Notes under the pieces: model-generated | Databases searched by the model: none | Seen by the model: the letters and a program-made list of their open reading frames with translations, nothing else | What the model was told of the DNA's origin: nothing | Position numbers and translations under genes: made by a program | Part shown: positions 11,539-21,913 of the stretch, piece by piece | How the letters are laid out: each line of letters starts with the position of its first letter | How positions within the stretch are numbered: the first letter of the stretch is position 1 | NCBI GenBank assembly: GCA_024626585.2 | Contig: JANKJI020000002.1 | Span: forward strand, 254,024,933 to 254,046,845 | From: Ginkgo biloba | Taxonomy: Eukaryota > Plantae > Ginkgophyta | Length of the DNA stretch: 21,913 bases | Direction: 5' to 3'

Positions 11539-11889
11539 TAAAATTCATGAGGATTTTGTCGGATTTACATGTAGAAAAAGGATGGTAGGATAGATTTGGA
11601 TTAGGTGAAGTGTATAAAGGATTTGTAAATCTTAGAATACCTATTGAAAGCTCATAAAATCACCGAAGACCTTCACACAAATAGATTTAAGTGGATCATT
11701 TTATTGATTATAGTAAAATAAGTACATGAAGGGTGTCAAAAGGAAAAATTATTGTATAATCGGCCCTATTCTACCCAAAAGTCTATTTTGAAAGTCACAT
11801 GTGATCTATCATTACATAATTTGCTTTAGAATACCCTTGATTTGTGCTACACTTGATATCGCTAAACTCTTAAACCTAAACATCATACC

Positions 11890-12327
11890 TCATGAATACA
11901 AAGGGAGAGCATGGAGCCCCATATCTAGCATATGATTCTTCTTCCTAACTAAATAAGGTCCAAAATAAGATTAAGGGAATGGAAGCTCCCTTGCCCTGGC
12001 TTGTAGTTCCACTCTTTGAATAAAGATGATAGAGGAACTAATGGATAAGTGTGTACCTCCCTTACCCTGAATTTTCTAACTTAATAATCAAACAAAAAAC
12101 CATTATGTCTATGTAAGGACCAGGAAAGGCTCATCATCATATGTGTAGTACATTTTTATAGAATTTGTTAGTGCTTCATATCTTTTGATGATTTCTTCTC
12201 CCTCTATCCTTGTTCAAAAATATTAGTTACCCTTCGCAACCATCTTCTTTGTGGGCGATAGATTTGCAATGAGCATTCCTTGCCTGGGGTTAAAAGAACA
12301 TAGGTGTGCCCTCCCAAGGGGTCAACA
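11890..12327 (-). repeat. Second LTR copy of the element 2 family (probable truncated 5' LTR)
   Basis: Ends caaggggtcaaca on + exactly like 10511-10523. Shared blocks include agtgcttcat, ttcttctcc.tctatccttgtt and aaagatga...actaa.gga. Confidence 0.75.
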
Positions 12328-13337
12328 ACTTGTACAAAGTTTCAAGATGAAAAGAGAAACAAATATGTAGGATTGTGACAAACTCTTATGACATGTAGAG
12401 TGAAATACTCAAATGGAGAATCCAACTATGGCATAAAAAAAAGAACATGTTTACCATATAACACATGTCAAATGTGATGACCAAGTCTTTTGAAAAAGTC
12501 CATCCAACATAATATGCAACATAAATTCTATAATATGATAGTCATAATAAAAATTTTAAAGCACTCAAATTTACTTCTAGACTTACATTTTGTAAAGGTC
12601 CGATAATACCTTTTTGTTCTATTTCAATTTCATTCGGAATTGTTGGTCTTTCTTGACTAGGCAAAAACAAAAATATTTGTGGTCGCTTTACGAAAGGTAG
12701 AATGGCGTTGATAGTCCTGGATTTTGATCCATGCATTGAAAGACTCACATTTTAGTCATTGGGCCTTCAATTTCTTTGTTTCCTCGCTGAGGATTGTGCA
12801 TTCATTCCTGCTTTTAGTCACAAGTAATTTCTGTCTCATTTTGTGAGGTCTGTGAGGTGGGGATTGTTTGAGCCTTCTAATGTATTTTCATCTTAGTTTT
12901 GTTTGGAATTCCAGACATTGGGTTCGTATTGTTTATTTGCAACTCACATGCTTATATTTCATTACACTACAGAGAACAATATTTTATATCATCCCAATTT
13001 GTGCCATATTACACAAAATATTATGAAGCAATAGATTTATTTGATATCACTGTTTCAAATAAGTTTTTACTTACACCTATTGCTAGAAGAGTTGAGATCT
13101 AACAAAATTGAAGATCTGTCTGATTAGCAAATCTAATCAGAACATGAGGCATAGATGACTAGATTCACCTTAAAACACACCAGGGGTCTCATAAGTAATT
13201 GCAATCAGCTACTGTAACAACTTCGCATTTCTTATATTAGAGGATAAAAAACCTTCATAGAAGTTGAATACAAACATGTAAACAGCAGTCACTATCAATT
13301 ATATTGCTGAAGATGATAAACCAAGGGGGCAATACAT

Positions 13338-13367
13338 AATAATAATAAGAAGAAGAACAACAACAAC
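13338..13367. repeat. Compound microsatellite (AAT)3(AAG)3(AAC)4 in the putative DUF538 3' UTR
   Basis: Read directly: aataataataagaagaagaacaacaacaac. Confidence 0.85.
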
Positions 13368-13428
13368 ATGGTGACATTAGAGATCACTAATCCTAATGAA
13401 GACTATGTAATATGGTGTAATTTGTTTT

Positions 13429-13842
13429 TTACTGTCCAACAGCAAAGGCTTCGACCGGGAAAGTCTTGATGATTCCTGCAAAACTCTTGAAATGAATCTT
13501 CCCAGTGGGTGGGTGGTCAACACTGATGTCTCCCACAGGAGCCCACAAGAGCATCTCTTTGGCCTTAACTCCCTTGAGTTTCTTAATGCGGTTTTGCTCA
13601 ATGTAGCCATGTATCTCTGTATCGTAGCTCACTTCTTTGCTTATGAGTTTGAAAGTGTGCTCCACCTTCTTCTGCTGAATAATCCACATGTAACCGGTGC
13701 TCTTCACATAACCCACTTCAACCACCTCTCCCAGAGGCAACAGTCCCAATGGGAGCCCAAATTCTTGTAGCAACGCCACCGCCTGCTTCATCCCTTCCTC
13801 GTGGCCCGTTGTCACTACTGCTCCTTGCTTTTCTGCAGACAT
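13429..13842 (-). CDS. DUF538-family plant protein (At5g01610-like), 137 aa, intronless
   Basis: Intact ORF with family hallmarks LLQEFGLPLGLLPL, GYMWIIQQKKVEHTFKLISKEVSYDTEI, IKKLKGVKAKEMLLW and GKIHFKSFAGIIKTFPVEAF. GC and CpG content are higher than in the flanks; TATA box upstream. Confidence 0.95.
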   Translation of the reverse strand: MSAEKQGAVVTTGHEEGMKQAVALLQEFGLPLGLLPLGEVVEVGYVKSTGYMWIIQQKKVEHTFKLISKEVSYDTEIHGYIEQNRIKKLKGVKAKEMLLWAPVGDISVDHPPTGKIHFKSFAGIIKTFPVEAFAVGQ

Positions 13843-13900
13843 GGTTGAAATTAAACTAATAACTTCGCAAAACTAAAAATCTAATTGATTTATTTCTTTG

Positions 13901-15710
13901 TGCTTGCATTGCAAGCTATTTATAATTGCTTGCTTCCTTGGGATCTTCACCCTAGGAATAAACAAACGTTAGTGCTTACAACAATAGCGAAGGAGAACCC
14001 GAGAATTATTTCTTTGGATTGGCCGGATAACTTTGGCGTTATCTCTTTCATCCCATGTGAACAAGTAGTCCAAATGTTCCATATTAGAATCTCACATGCA
14101 AGAGGCGGAGTATTATGAGTGAATCATTTTCCCATGCGGAGTTCATTATGGGTGTGAAGCTTATGGCTTCTTGATTAGCATAAGAGAATAATTATTTATG
14201 TAATTTTGTAAGTAGTTGGTGTTTTATCATTGGTGACATTTAAGGTTCTTGTAAGCAAGATTCACACTTCACTTTATACATACATATAGATACACCCCAT
14301 CATAATAGATCAAAGAATCAATATGTTTCGTTCTCCTATTTGGATACAATTGATGTTGTGGAGCCCCATATGTCTAATATTTGAAAATAGGTGTTATTTT
14401 GTTGCTCGTGCAACATGCAGAGGGGCATGGGTATAAACTACAATGTACAATTTGATTTCTTCTACATATAATCTATGGCATATGTTGAAGTATGTGAGTG
14501 TGTATAAATTGGCCAAGAAGAGTGGTAATAAAAGAAATTTTTAGTAAAGAGAATGATGATACAATATTGAGGGCATTTGTGTGATGGGACTCAAGTTATT
14601 ATGAAACAAATAGGAGAGATGGATAGCAATTAATTTAGAGTTATTTTTGGATTGTATGCATTCAATCTTCACATAAAGGAAAAAGTAAATGGTCATCATG
14701 AATTTGAAAGGATTTTTTTGGGGGTTAAAATAATGCATTTTAAATTACTAAAAAGGTAAGAAAATTCAACAACAAATTTAGTAGGAGTTTCTTTAAAGAA
14801 GACATCACCAGAATGTCAACCTAAAAAATAGATGTCTAAACAAGAAAAATTTTAAGAAAAAAAGTTGCAACATGGTCATGAGAGGGTCCAAAACTAAGTA
14901 GCCAACATAAATGACTCATTTAAGAGCCCATTGGATTGAATTATCATAGAGCCAAAGGTATTTTAGGTTAAGGATGGACATTTTAGTAGTAGTGATGTGT
15001 ATGCAAAAGTTGGATCATTCAACAATAATTCGTGAGTGAGTGAGCAGAAGGCTAGATGCTTTTGATTATGGCAAAGAACACTTCAAAGACTAAAAGAAGA
15101 TGTTCTTTAGCTTCTAGATGTTGGTTGGATGTTACTAAGGTTGGCACGAATTAAGACATCACTGATCGAGATTAAAACTGAAGAAATTTTTATCTTAAGT
15201 GAAGTTTATAGTTCGCATCGTATTGGAGCATGGTCCTAAGTGACACATTGTATATGAGCACAATTTAGGCAAAACATCGTATAAAATTGCACGATTAAAT
15301 GATCTTACTTTGTTTTCTTTGTCAAAGCTAAAAAATTGATAAATTGACCCCGAGATCAATTGTATGTAGTTTGATAGTGAACATGTGGCATAAAGAATCT
15401 ATTTGGATGTGACAATAAGTAGGAATATTATGATATATATAAGAACTTGAGGGATATTCATATCAAAATAGATTTGATAACATCAAATAAGAAAAAAAAA
15501 GAATTAAGGATGCAAAGCTCTAAAAAATTCTTGAAGTCAATAACTAAATTCTTTATTATGAAATTCTTAATTATGAAAAATAAATGTATGGTTTTAAATA
15601 AAATCCTTTTCTAAATAATAAAACTTAGGAAACTCTAATCTAAAATGAGAAACTATTTATGATTAGCTAGTGTGTAGAAAATAAGTAATCATAAATTAAA
15701 TAATAACAAA
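13901..15710. repeat. Tandem segmental duplication, copy 1 (DUF538 promoter/upstream region)
   Basis: Colinear with 16187-17983, e.g. gaaggagaacccgagaattatttctttggattggccgga and taaattactaaaa.ggtaagaaaattcaacaacaaatt in both. Confidence 0.93.
13917..13924 (-). promoter_or_regulatory. TATA box (TATAAATA) of the DUF538 gene
   Basis: Plus strand tatttata, ~75 bp upstream of the ATG at 13842. Confidence 0.65.
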
Positions 15711-16186
15711 TAAATCCTATTCTATATAGTTATAATTAATAGTTTTTAAGTGCATCAACAACCTTAGTTATGAAATGAATAAATAAATAATTATTAATGG
15801 GAAGTGCAAGAGAATATGCAAACATCGATGCATGACACATCATAGGGATAATAAATTTAATGGATATGAGAAACCATATTAAACTTGTAAAGGTTCTGTA
15901 ATTCTTAATCTTAGGCCTACAAGTTATTCAAGGAATAGAGTACTACATTACTACTTCTACATATTAATAATATTATAATAATATAATTTCTATTGTGGTG
16001 ATTCTATTTTTATCCAATATAAAAATGTTTGTTAAATGTGAGCACAATGTGTAATGCTTATTGTGTTTAAATGGTACCAATAAACTNNNNNNNNNNNNNN
16101 NNNNNNNNNNNNNNNNNNNNNNNNNNNNNNNNNNNNNNNNNNNNNNNNNNNNNNNNNNNNNNNNNNNNNNNNNNNNNNNNNNNNNN

Positions 16187-17983
16187 TGCTTGCATTGCAA
16201 GCTGTTTATAATTGCTTGCTTCTTTGGGATCTTCACCCATGGAATAAACAAATGTTAGTGCTCAGGACAACAGTGAAGGAGAACCCGAGAATTATTTCTT
16301 TGGATTGGCCGGATTGGCCGGATAACTTTGGCATTATCTTTTTCATTCTATATGAGCAAGTAGTCCAAATGTGTGTTATTGGAATCCCACATGCAAGAGG
16401 TGTAGTATCCTTAGTGAATCATTTTTGCGTGAGGAGTTCATTATGGGTATGAAGCTGATGTCTCCTTGATTAGCATAAGAGAATGATTATTTATGTAATT
16501 TTGTAAGTAGCCGGTGTTTTATCATTGGTTACATTTAAGGTGCTTGTAAACAACATTCACACTGCGATACAATTGATGTTGTGGAACCCATATGTCTAAC
16601 ATTTGAAAATACATGTTATTTTGTTGCATGTGCAACATGTAGAGCGGGGTGGGGTATAAACTACAATGTATAATTTGATTTCTCGTATGTATAATTTGTG
16701 CCATGTGTTGAAGTATGTGAGTGTGTATCAATTGACCAAAGAAGAGTAGTTCCAACATAACATTTTGGCAAAGATAATGATGATACAAGATTGAGAGGAG
16801 TNNNNNNNNNNNNNNNNNNNNNNNNNNNNNNNNNNNNATGAAGCATATGGGAGAGATGCATAGCAAGTGATTTCAAGTTGATTTTGGATTGCATGCATTT
16901 AATCTTCATATGAAAGAAAAAGAAAATGGTCATCTTGAATTTGAAAGGGTTTTTTCTTTTTTTGTTGCAATAATGCCATTTAAATTACTAAAAGGGTAAG
17001 AAAATTCAACAACAAATTCACTTAGAGTTTCTTTAAAGAAGACATCATGAGAATGTCAACCTAAATAATATATGTCCAAATAATAAAAATTCTAAGAAAA
17101 AAATTGTAACAGGGTCTTGATACTGTCCAAAAATAAGTAGCCAATATAATGGACTAATTTGAGGGCCCATTACAATGATTTATCATAGAGCCAAAGGTCT
17201 TCAGGTCAAGGCTAGACCTTTGAGTAGGAGTGATGTGTATGCAAAGGTTGGATTTTTTAACAAAAATCTGTAAGTGAGTGAGCTAAAGGCTTTATGCTTT
17301 GGATATAATTAAAAGAATACTCTAAAGAATAATAGAACATGTTCTTTATATTTTGGATGCTAATTATAGGCTACCAAGGCTAATTAAATTAGAGGCATCA
17401 CTGATCAAGATCAAAATCTAAACAAATTTAAGATTCAGGTGAAAAAATTTAGTCTACTCCATGTATAAGCATATTACACCATATTGGAGTGCACTTTTTT
17501 AGCACGTGTTTAAGTGACACATTGTGTGAAAGTGTGTGAATTAATGGCACTGCTTTCTCTACTTTATAAGTGTGTTGCTCGAGATAAAAATATAATAAAC
17601 TAAGTCTAGAATCTTTCATAGGTAGTTTAGCAATGAACATGTGAAATGGATAATCTATCTAGTCATGACAACAACATGAAATATTTTGATCTGTCTGATG
17701 TAATAAAAACTTGATACCAAAATAAATTCTTATAGATTTAACCAAATGGAATAAGAATCAAGGATATAAGTATCTCGTAAATTGTTGAAATTAAGAACTA
17801 AATTATAAACTATGAACTATCAATTATGAAATTGTCAATAATGAAAAATAAAACCCTAATATAGTTTTAAACAAAATCCTAATCTAACAATAGAAAATTA
17901 AAAAATCCTAATCTAAAATGAAAAACTATGATTAGTCAGTGCACATAAAATATATAATAAAAAGTTAAATAATAATAAGTAAA
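16187..17983. repeat. Tandem segmental duplication, copy 2 (orphan DUF538 upstream region, bounded by N gaps)
   Basis: Begins tgcttgcattgcaagctgtttata immediately after gap 16087-16186. Differs from copy 1 by many substitutions and indels. Confidence 0.93.
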
Positions 17984-19266
17984 NNNNNNNNNNNNNNNNN
18001 NNNNNNNNNNNNNNNNNNNNTTTTGGAGCATTCTTGGCACTCTCTCCAACTATCTATCATTTTTCCTCCACAACTGCAATCACCCTTGCATTGGAGAATC
18101 TGAGCAACCACATGACTTATTCGAGCATATCAGATTCTTGGCTCAATCTGAGGTTTTGTGTGATTTAAATTGGGAAGTTGAGCATTCATTTTCAGTTTTC
18201 TATTTAGATCTAAATCCTGCATTACATTTTGGCATGCTCCGTTGGACCTCAAGCCCATTGCATTTCCATTTTCTAATTTGAGAACATTAACATGGCTCTC
18301 TAGTTTTTCTATCACATGGTTTGGCATTTTCTATACATTTAGTTCTTAGTTTTTGTCATTAACTAAGATTTGTCACTAATGTTTAGCATTTTCCATTAAC
18401 GTTCTAATACATGTGCAACTCCGTTAGGCATCGCCTACATGAAGCCAGATAGTGCATACATACGTTAACAGATCAACAACGCAGAATAAATCAAATTGAT
18501 TCATTAATCAATGCTCTCCTAGCATATTCCTTTATCTTTGTTAATCGATGCATTTTTCTTTATCTTTGATAAATTATCTATGCCAATATTTGTGTGCCCC
18601 TAAAAAATATACCTCTAAAACTACGCACGAATCAATGGTGGACTATATTCTTAAGAAATAAATTAAATTAAATTAAATGAATATAAATTAAACTCATATT
18701 GAATTGAATTGAGTTCATTTTAAACTTTTAAATTGGCCTCATAATAATTGGATTTGTGCCATAAGGTCATAAGCCTCTAATTGCCTAGGCCTAATCAATA
18801 ACTACCTTCTATATCTATAAATTTAAATTGGGAGGGAGGGAATACTACTAGGTTACCCAATTAAACACCTATTATCATATACTATTATCATAATCCTTTG
18901 TATTGCATTTATTCCACTTAATTATTAACTTTATAAAATGTTTTTCTTCCACTATAGAACATTAGTGAGAGTTTCCTTACTAGTTGGATATTTGTCTTAG
19001 AATTCTACCACCTTTCATTGAGTCATTCCCTAATTTTTTTTATTTGACATGGTATTTATAATCCCATGGATACTCCCTTATGTGGTTCTTTCCTTCCATT
19101 AGAATAAAAAATCAATCAAGGAGTACGAAGTGGAGTAAGAACTCTGGTAGGGTAAGGGTCAGTTCTAGTAAGTGAAAAATAACCTTCTTTCACCAAATGT
19201 TTATGCAATTTTTATTGTAAGTACTTTAGTTATTTTCTAAAGACACTATGAAATAAAAAATATAGA

Positions 19267-20020
19267 TTTTTTTTTTAGATTGGAGATGGATTTATATTAA
19301 CAGAGTGACCAAGTACAAGGAGTAGTACAAACTCCTAAAATATCAGAACAGGATACACAAATTGAGTCACTGCATGGACTAATCAATCCCAGTGAACAAA
19401 CATTAGCTTATTGGATTAGACTTCCTGGAGCTTCTGCTCCTCGATCTCCCCCTACCACCAAAAACTTGAGCTGGAACACCTTCGAGAAGAGCCTCCTTTT
19501 TTCCTCTTTGAGCTAACTGAGAATGGAATGGAGTTTCTTTGACTACACTATCATCTTCGAGTTCCATGTCCTGTGCCAGAGTGTTAAACCTATTAACCCC
19601 AAAAAATTCCACAATTTCCTCCTCTTGTGAAGCTTTATCCCTGTGCTGGGTATTTATGATTCTATGTTTGGGTTTTTTCTGTGGACCTGCTTCCTCTACG
19701 AGATTGGACATTCTCTGTAAAATATTTTCTGCTTCCTCGGGTTGCATTTGTTGTCTTTGTTGAGTGCCTTTTACTATGTTCTTCCTTTTTCCTTCCACCT
19801 TTGTCCATCCCTGTTCTTTGATATCTTCTTTTGGAGCAAGTTGAGGCCCCTTCCCATTTAATGTTTGTTGACCACCCTCCTTATGAATAGGAGTTTCCTC
19901 TTTACCACTAGTTTGTTGTTCTAGGATTTGTTTATCCATTTCACCCTATCTCTCTTCTTTCGCTTTCTATCTTCGGCAAAGCTTTTTGACATGTCCAACT
20001 TGGTTTATGGGGTTTATGGG
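19267..20020 (-). mobile_element. 5'-truncated LINE (L1-like) retroposed fragment: ORF1 C-terminus, 3' UTR and poly(A)
   Basis: Minus strand: half zinc knuckle NQVGHVKKLC (~20005-19975), then a low-complexity ORF1 tail, stop at 19403, ~125-nt U-rich UTR with AATATAA, and A10 (T-run 19267-19276). Confidence 0.7.
19403..20005 (-). pseudogene. LINE ORF1 (gag-like) C-terminal fragment; includes the 178-aa ORF 19403-19939
   Basis: In frame upstream of the ORF: NQVGHVKKLCRR*KAKEER*GE-MDKQ (x4-H-x4-C half of a CCHC knuckle). Motifs GWTKVEGKRK and NRFNTL and the basic RGRSRSRS end are typical of plant LINE ORF1 tails. Confidence 0.68.
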
Positions 20021-20023
20021 AGG

Positions 20024-20282
20024 AATAATAAAAAATTAGGAAACCTTCATCTAAAATGAGAGACTATCTATGATTAGTTGATGTGCAAAAAATAACTAAT
20101 CATAAATAAAATAATAAGAAATAAATCCCATTCTAAATAATTATTTACTCACAAAAATAATAGTTTTCAACTTAGTGCATTAATTTCCTTAGTTATACAA
20201 ATTTATAATGAATAAGGTCAGTAAATAAATAATTATTGATGTGAAGTACAAGAGAACGTGCAAATGTGAATTCACAACACAT
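20024..20282. repeat. Third partial copy of the AT-rich segment 15614-15840 (also ~17886-17983)
   Basis: ttaggaaac...atctaaaatgaga...tatgattag...taaataaataattatt.atg.gaagt.caagagaa is present at both ~15625-15815 and ~20036-20256. Confidence 0.85.
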
Positions 20283-21499
20283 AAAATCCTCTTTGTTTAG
20301 AATACAATGGTCTCCATTGTGTTAACACCAAGTCAATAAAGAGGCTCTCTAACTAATTAAGTGATTACTAATGAGCCTTATGAGGAATTTAACCCTTCTT
20401 TTATATAATGTAAGGTGTACAAGAATTGGTGCATGTAGCTCAATCCTTTATGTCAAAGAGGGTATTGTACTTTAGAGGTGGATGAAAATGTGGAATGAAA
20501 CCTTTGGGATGATCAACTAGCTAAGAAGCAACCTAAAAGTGCACCTCATTCTTCAAGGAAAGAGGCTCATATAACTTGAGGTTATTGACATTAAGGATAC
20601 GATATATGCCCATGTGTGGTAGGAGATCAAGCTCAAAAGATTCAGGACCAACCTCCCAAAGNNNNNNNNNNNNNNNNNNTTTTAATTTATAATGAAGTTG
20701 AGACTAAAACCATCACTTATCAAAGTATACCTTCACTTTGTCTCCCACTTGAAAATGATCTATAACCCTATGTCTATTATAAAAGGCCTTATACTTTTCT
20801 TGAGTTTTTAACATAATATCCCAAACCTATGTGTGAATTTGATATAAATGAATAACAAAGGAATTATATTTATTATGCTCTAATGACTAATAACAGTAGA
20901 AGTGTGAGGCAAAGTCAATAGAAGCTCAAAGGGTACAAGGTACTAAAAACTAAGGAATATCTCAAAAGGGTATCCACCTATATATGAATGAAAATCATGA
21001 TTATAGACATGTTAGATATACCCTAAAGAGAGGTCCCAACTTTTGGGATTAACTCAGTTGTATATAAGCAAGGTATGAACAAGAGTGATGTTCACTATCT
21101 TCGTCTAGCCATTTGTTTGAGTGTGGAATGCAATAGAAAACTTTAGGGAAGTGCCCAATAATCTCCCAATCCATTGAAAAAATTAAATCAAGAAGAAGGA
21201 ATTTATATTAGAGATAATATTAGAATAAAGTCAAAAGTGAATCCATACATGCTCAAAGAAGAGATAAGTAGTAGTTGGGGTATTAATGGTTTTAGAGTGA
21301 GTAATTGAGATCACCATTTTACTAAACCTATCCATTGTCAATAAAACTACATCATGATGTTGTTATGTCATGGATAAGCTACTAAAATAATCAACAAAAA
21401 TGTATTTCAAATGTCTAGAAGCCACTAGAACCTATGCATACAAACCCACTTTCCTATTCTTGGGCTTGGACAAACTATATAGAGAATATTGGTAAATAA

Positions 21500-21828
21500 T
21501 GATCTTAACTTATTTCTACATCCTTAATGAAAATAAATATCATTGAAGGTGAAAAAGGGTCTTGGGCACTTCAAAATGTCCACTATATAAACAGAAATAT
21601 GTCTCTCTTGATAATTATACTTTACCAAAACCATGGAAAACACATAATCTACCCATCCCATAGAGGAAAGCATCATCAATGCCATAGTCTAAGATTAGAT
21701 CTTAATTAATTTGTAAGAGAGTGAAGTGTTGCAAAGACATGTATAAATTTGGATCTTATGTATACAACTTCCTCCATTCTGGATAACTAATACACTTAGT
21801 TTATAAAATGATAACATGGTTCACAACT
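21500..21828 (+). mobile_element. Possible 3' part of a decayed LTR followed by a degenerate tRNA-iMet PBS
   Basis: ctatataaac at ~21583, then ...ATAACA (21816) followed by TGGTTCACAAC vs canonical TGGTATCAGAGC. No partner LTR in the window; the left boundary is arbitrary. Confidence 0.3.
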
Positions 21829-21913
21829 AGTGGCACACTCAAGAAATTGGTTTCGTTATAGTACACCCCTTTCTTATAGCATATGACAAGGAGGAACCAC
21901 AACATATAAGACC

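Noticed and set aside
13119-13141. Hairpin TCTGATTAG-caaat-CTAATCAGA downstream of DUF538
   Set aside because: A 9-bp stem is too short for a miRNA precursor or MITE and is plausible by chance in 22 kb of AT-rich DNA.
13377-13770. ORFs 13377-13610 (-) and 13492-13770 (+)
   Set aside because: Alternative-frame and antisense shadows of the DUF538 CDS.
13885-16452. Similar short ORFs 13885-14118 and 16195-16452 suggesting a small peptide family
   Set aside because: Their similarity is explained by the promoter duplication. Starts are non-ATG or gap-adjacent, stops differ, and no domain is recognisable.
17712-17719. TGATACCA, reverse complement of a tRNA-Met PBS core
   Set aside because: Only 8 nt, not conserved in duplicate copy 1, and no adjacent LTR terminus.
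18021-18640. Possible further LTR fragment
   Set aside because: Only a compositional impression; no partner repeat, TSD or coding motif in the window.
19539-19763. 74-aa plus-strand ORF
   Set aside because: Antisense shadow of the LINE ORF1 fragment.

Overview
AT-rich, CpG-poor eukaryotic genomic DNA from a gapped scaffold. It is a land plant (a DUF538 gene is present); the very old, large LTR elements suggest a large-genome lineage such as a gymnosperm, but that is inference. The left ~12.3 kb is a nest of decayed Ty3/gypsy retrotransposons. Element 1 (269-8180, +) has ~2.2-kb LTRs with ~85-bp subrepeats, a near-perfect 5-bp TSD, a stop-riddled gag and no visible pol, and a ~600-bp solo LTR is inserted in its 3' LTR. 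Element 2 (~10165-12327, -) is a related copy that keeps only a decayed integrase. The single intact gene is an intronless DUF538-family gene (13429-13842, -). Its ~1.8-kb upstream region is tandemly duplicated (16187-17983, starting right at an N gap), and part of it recurs a third time near 20024-20282. A 5'-truncated LINE-like insertion (19267-~20020, -) has its ORF1 tail running straight into a short 3' UTR and poly(A) with no ORF2. I see no convincing new multi-gene system. The most unusual items are the ORF1-only LINE, the gag-only and integrase-only sister elements, and the orphan promoter duplication. All alignments were done by eye.
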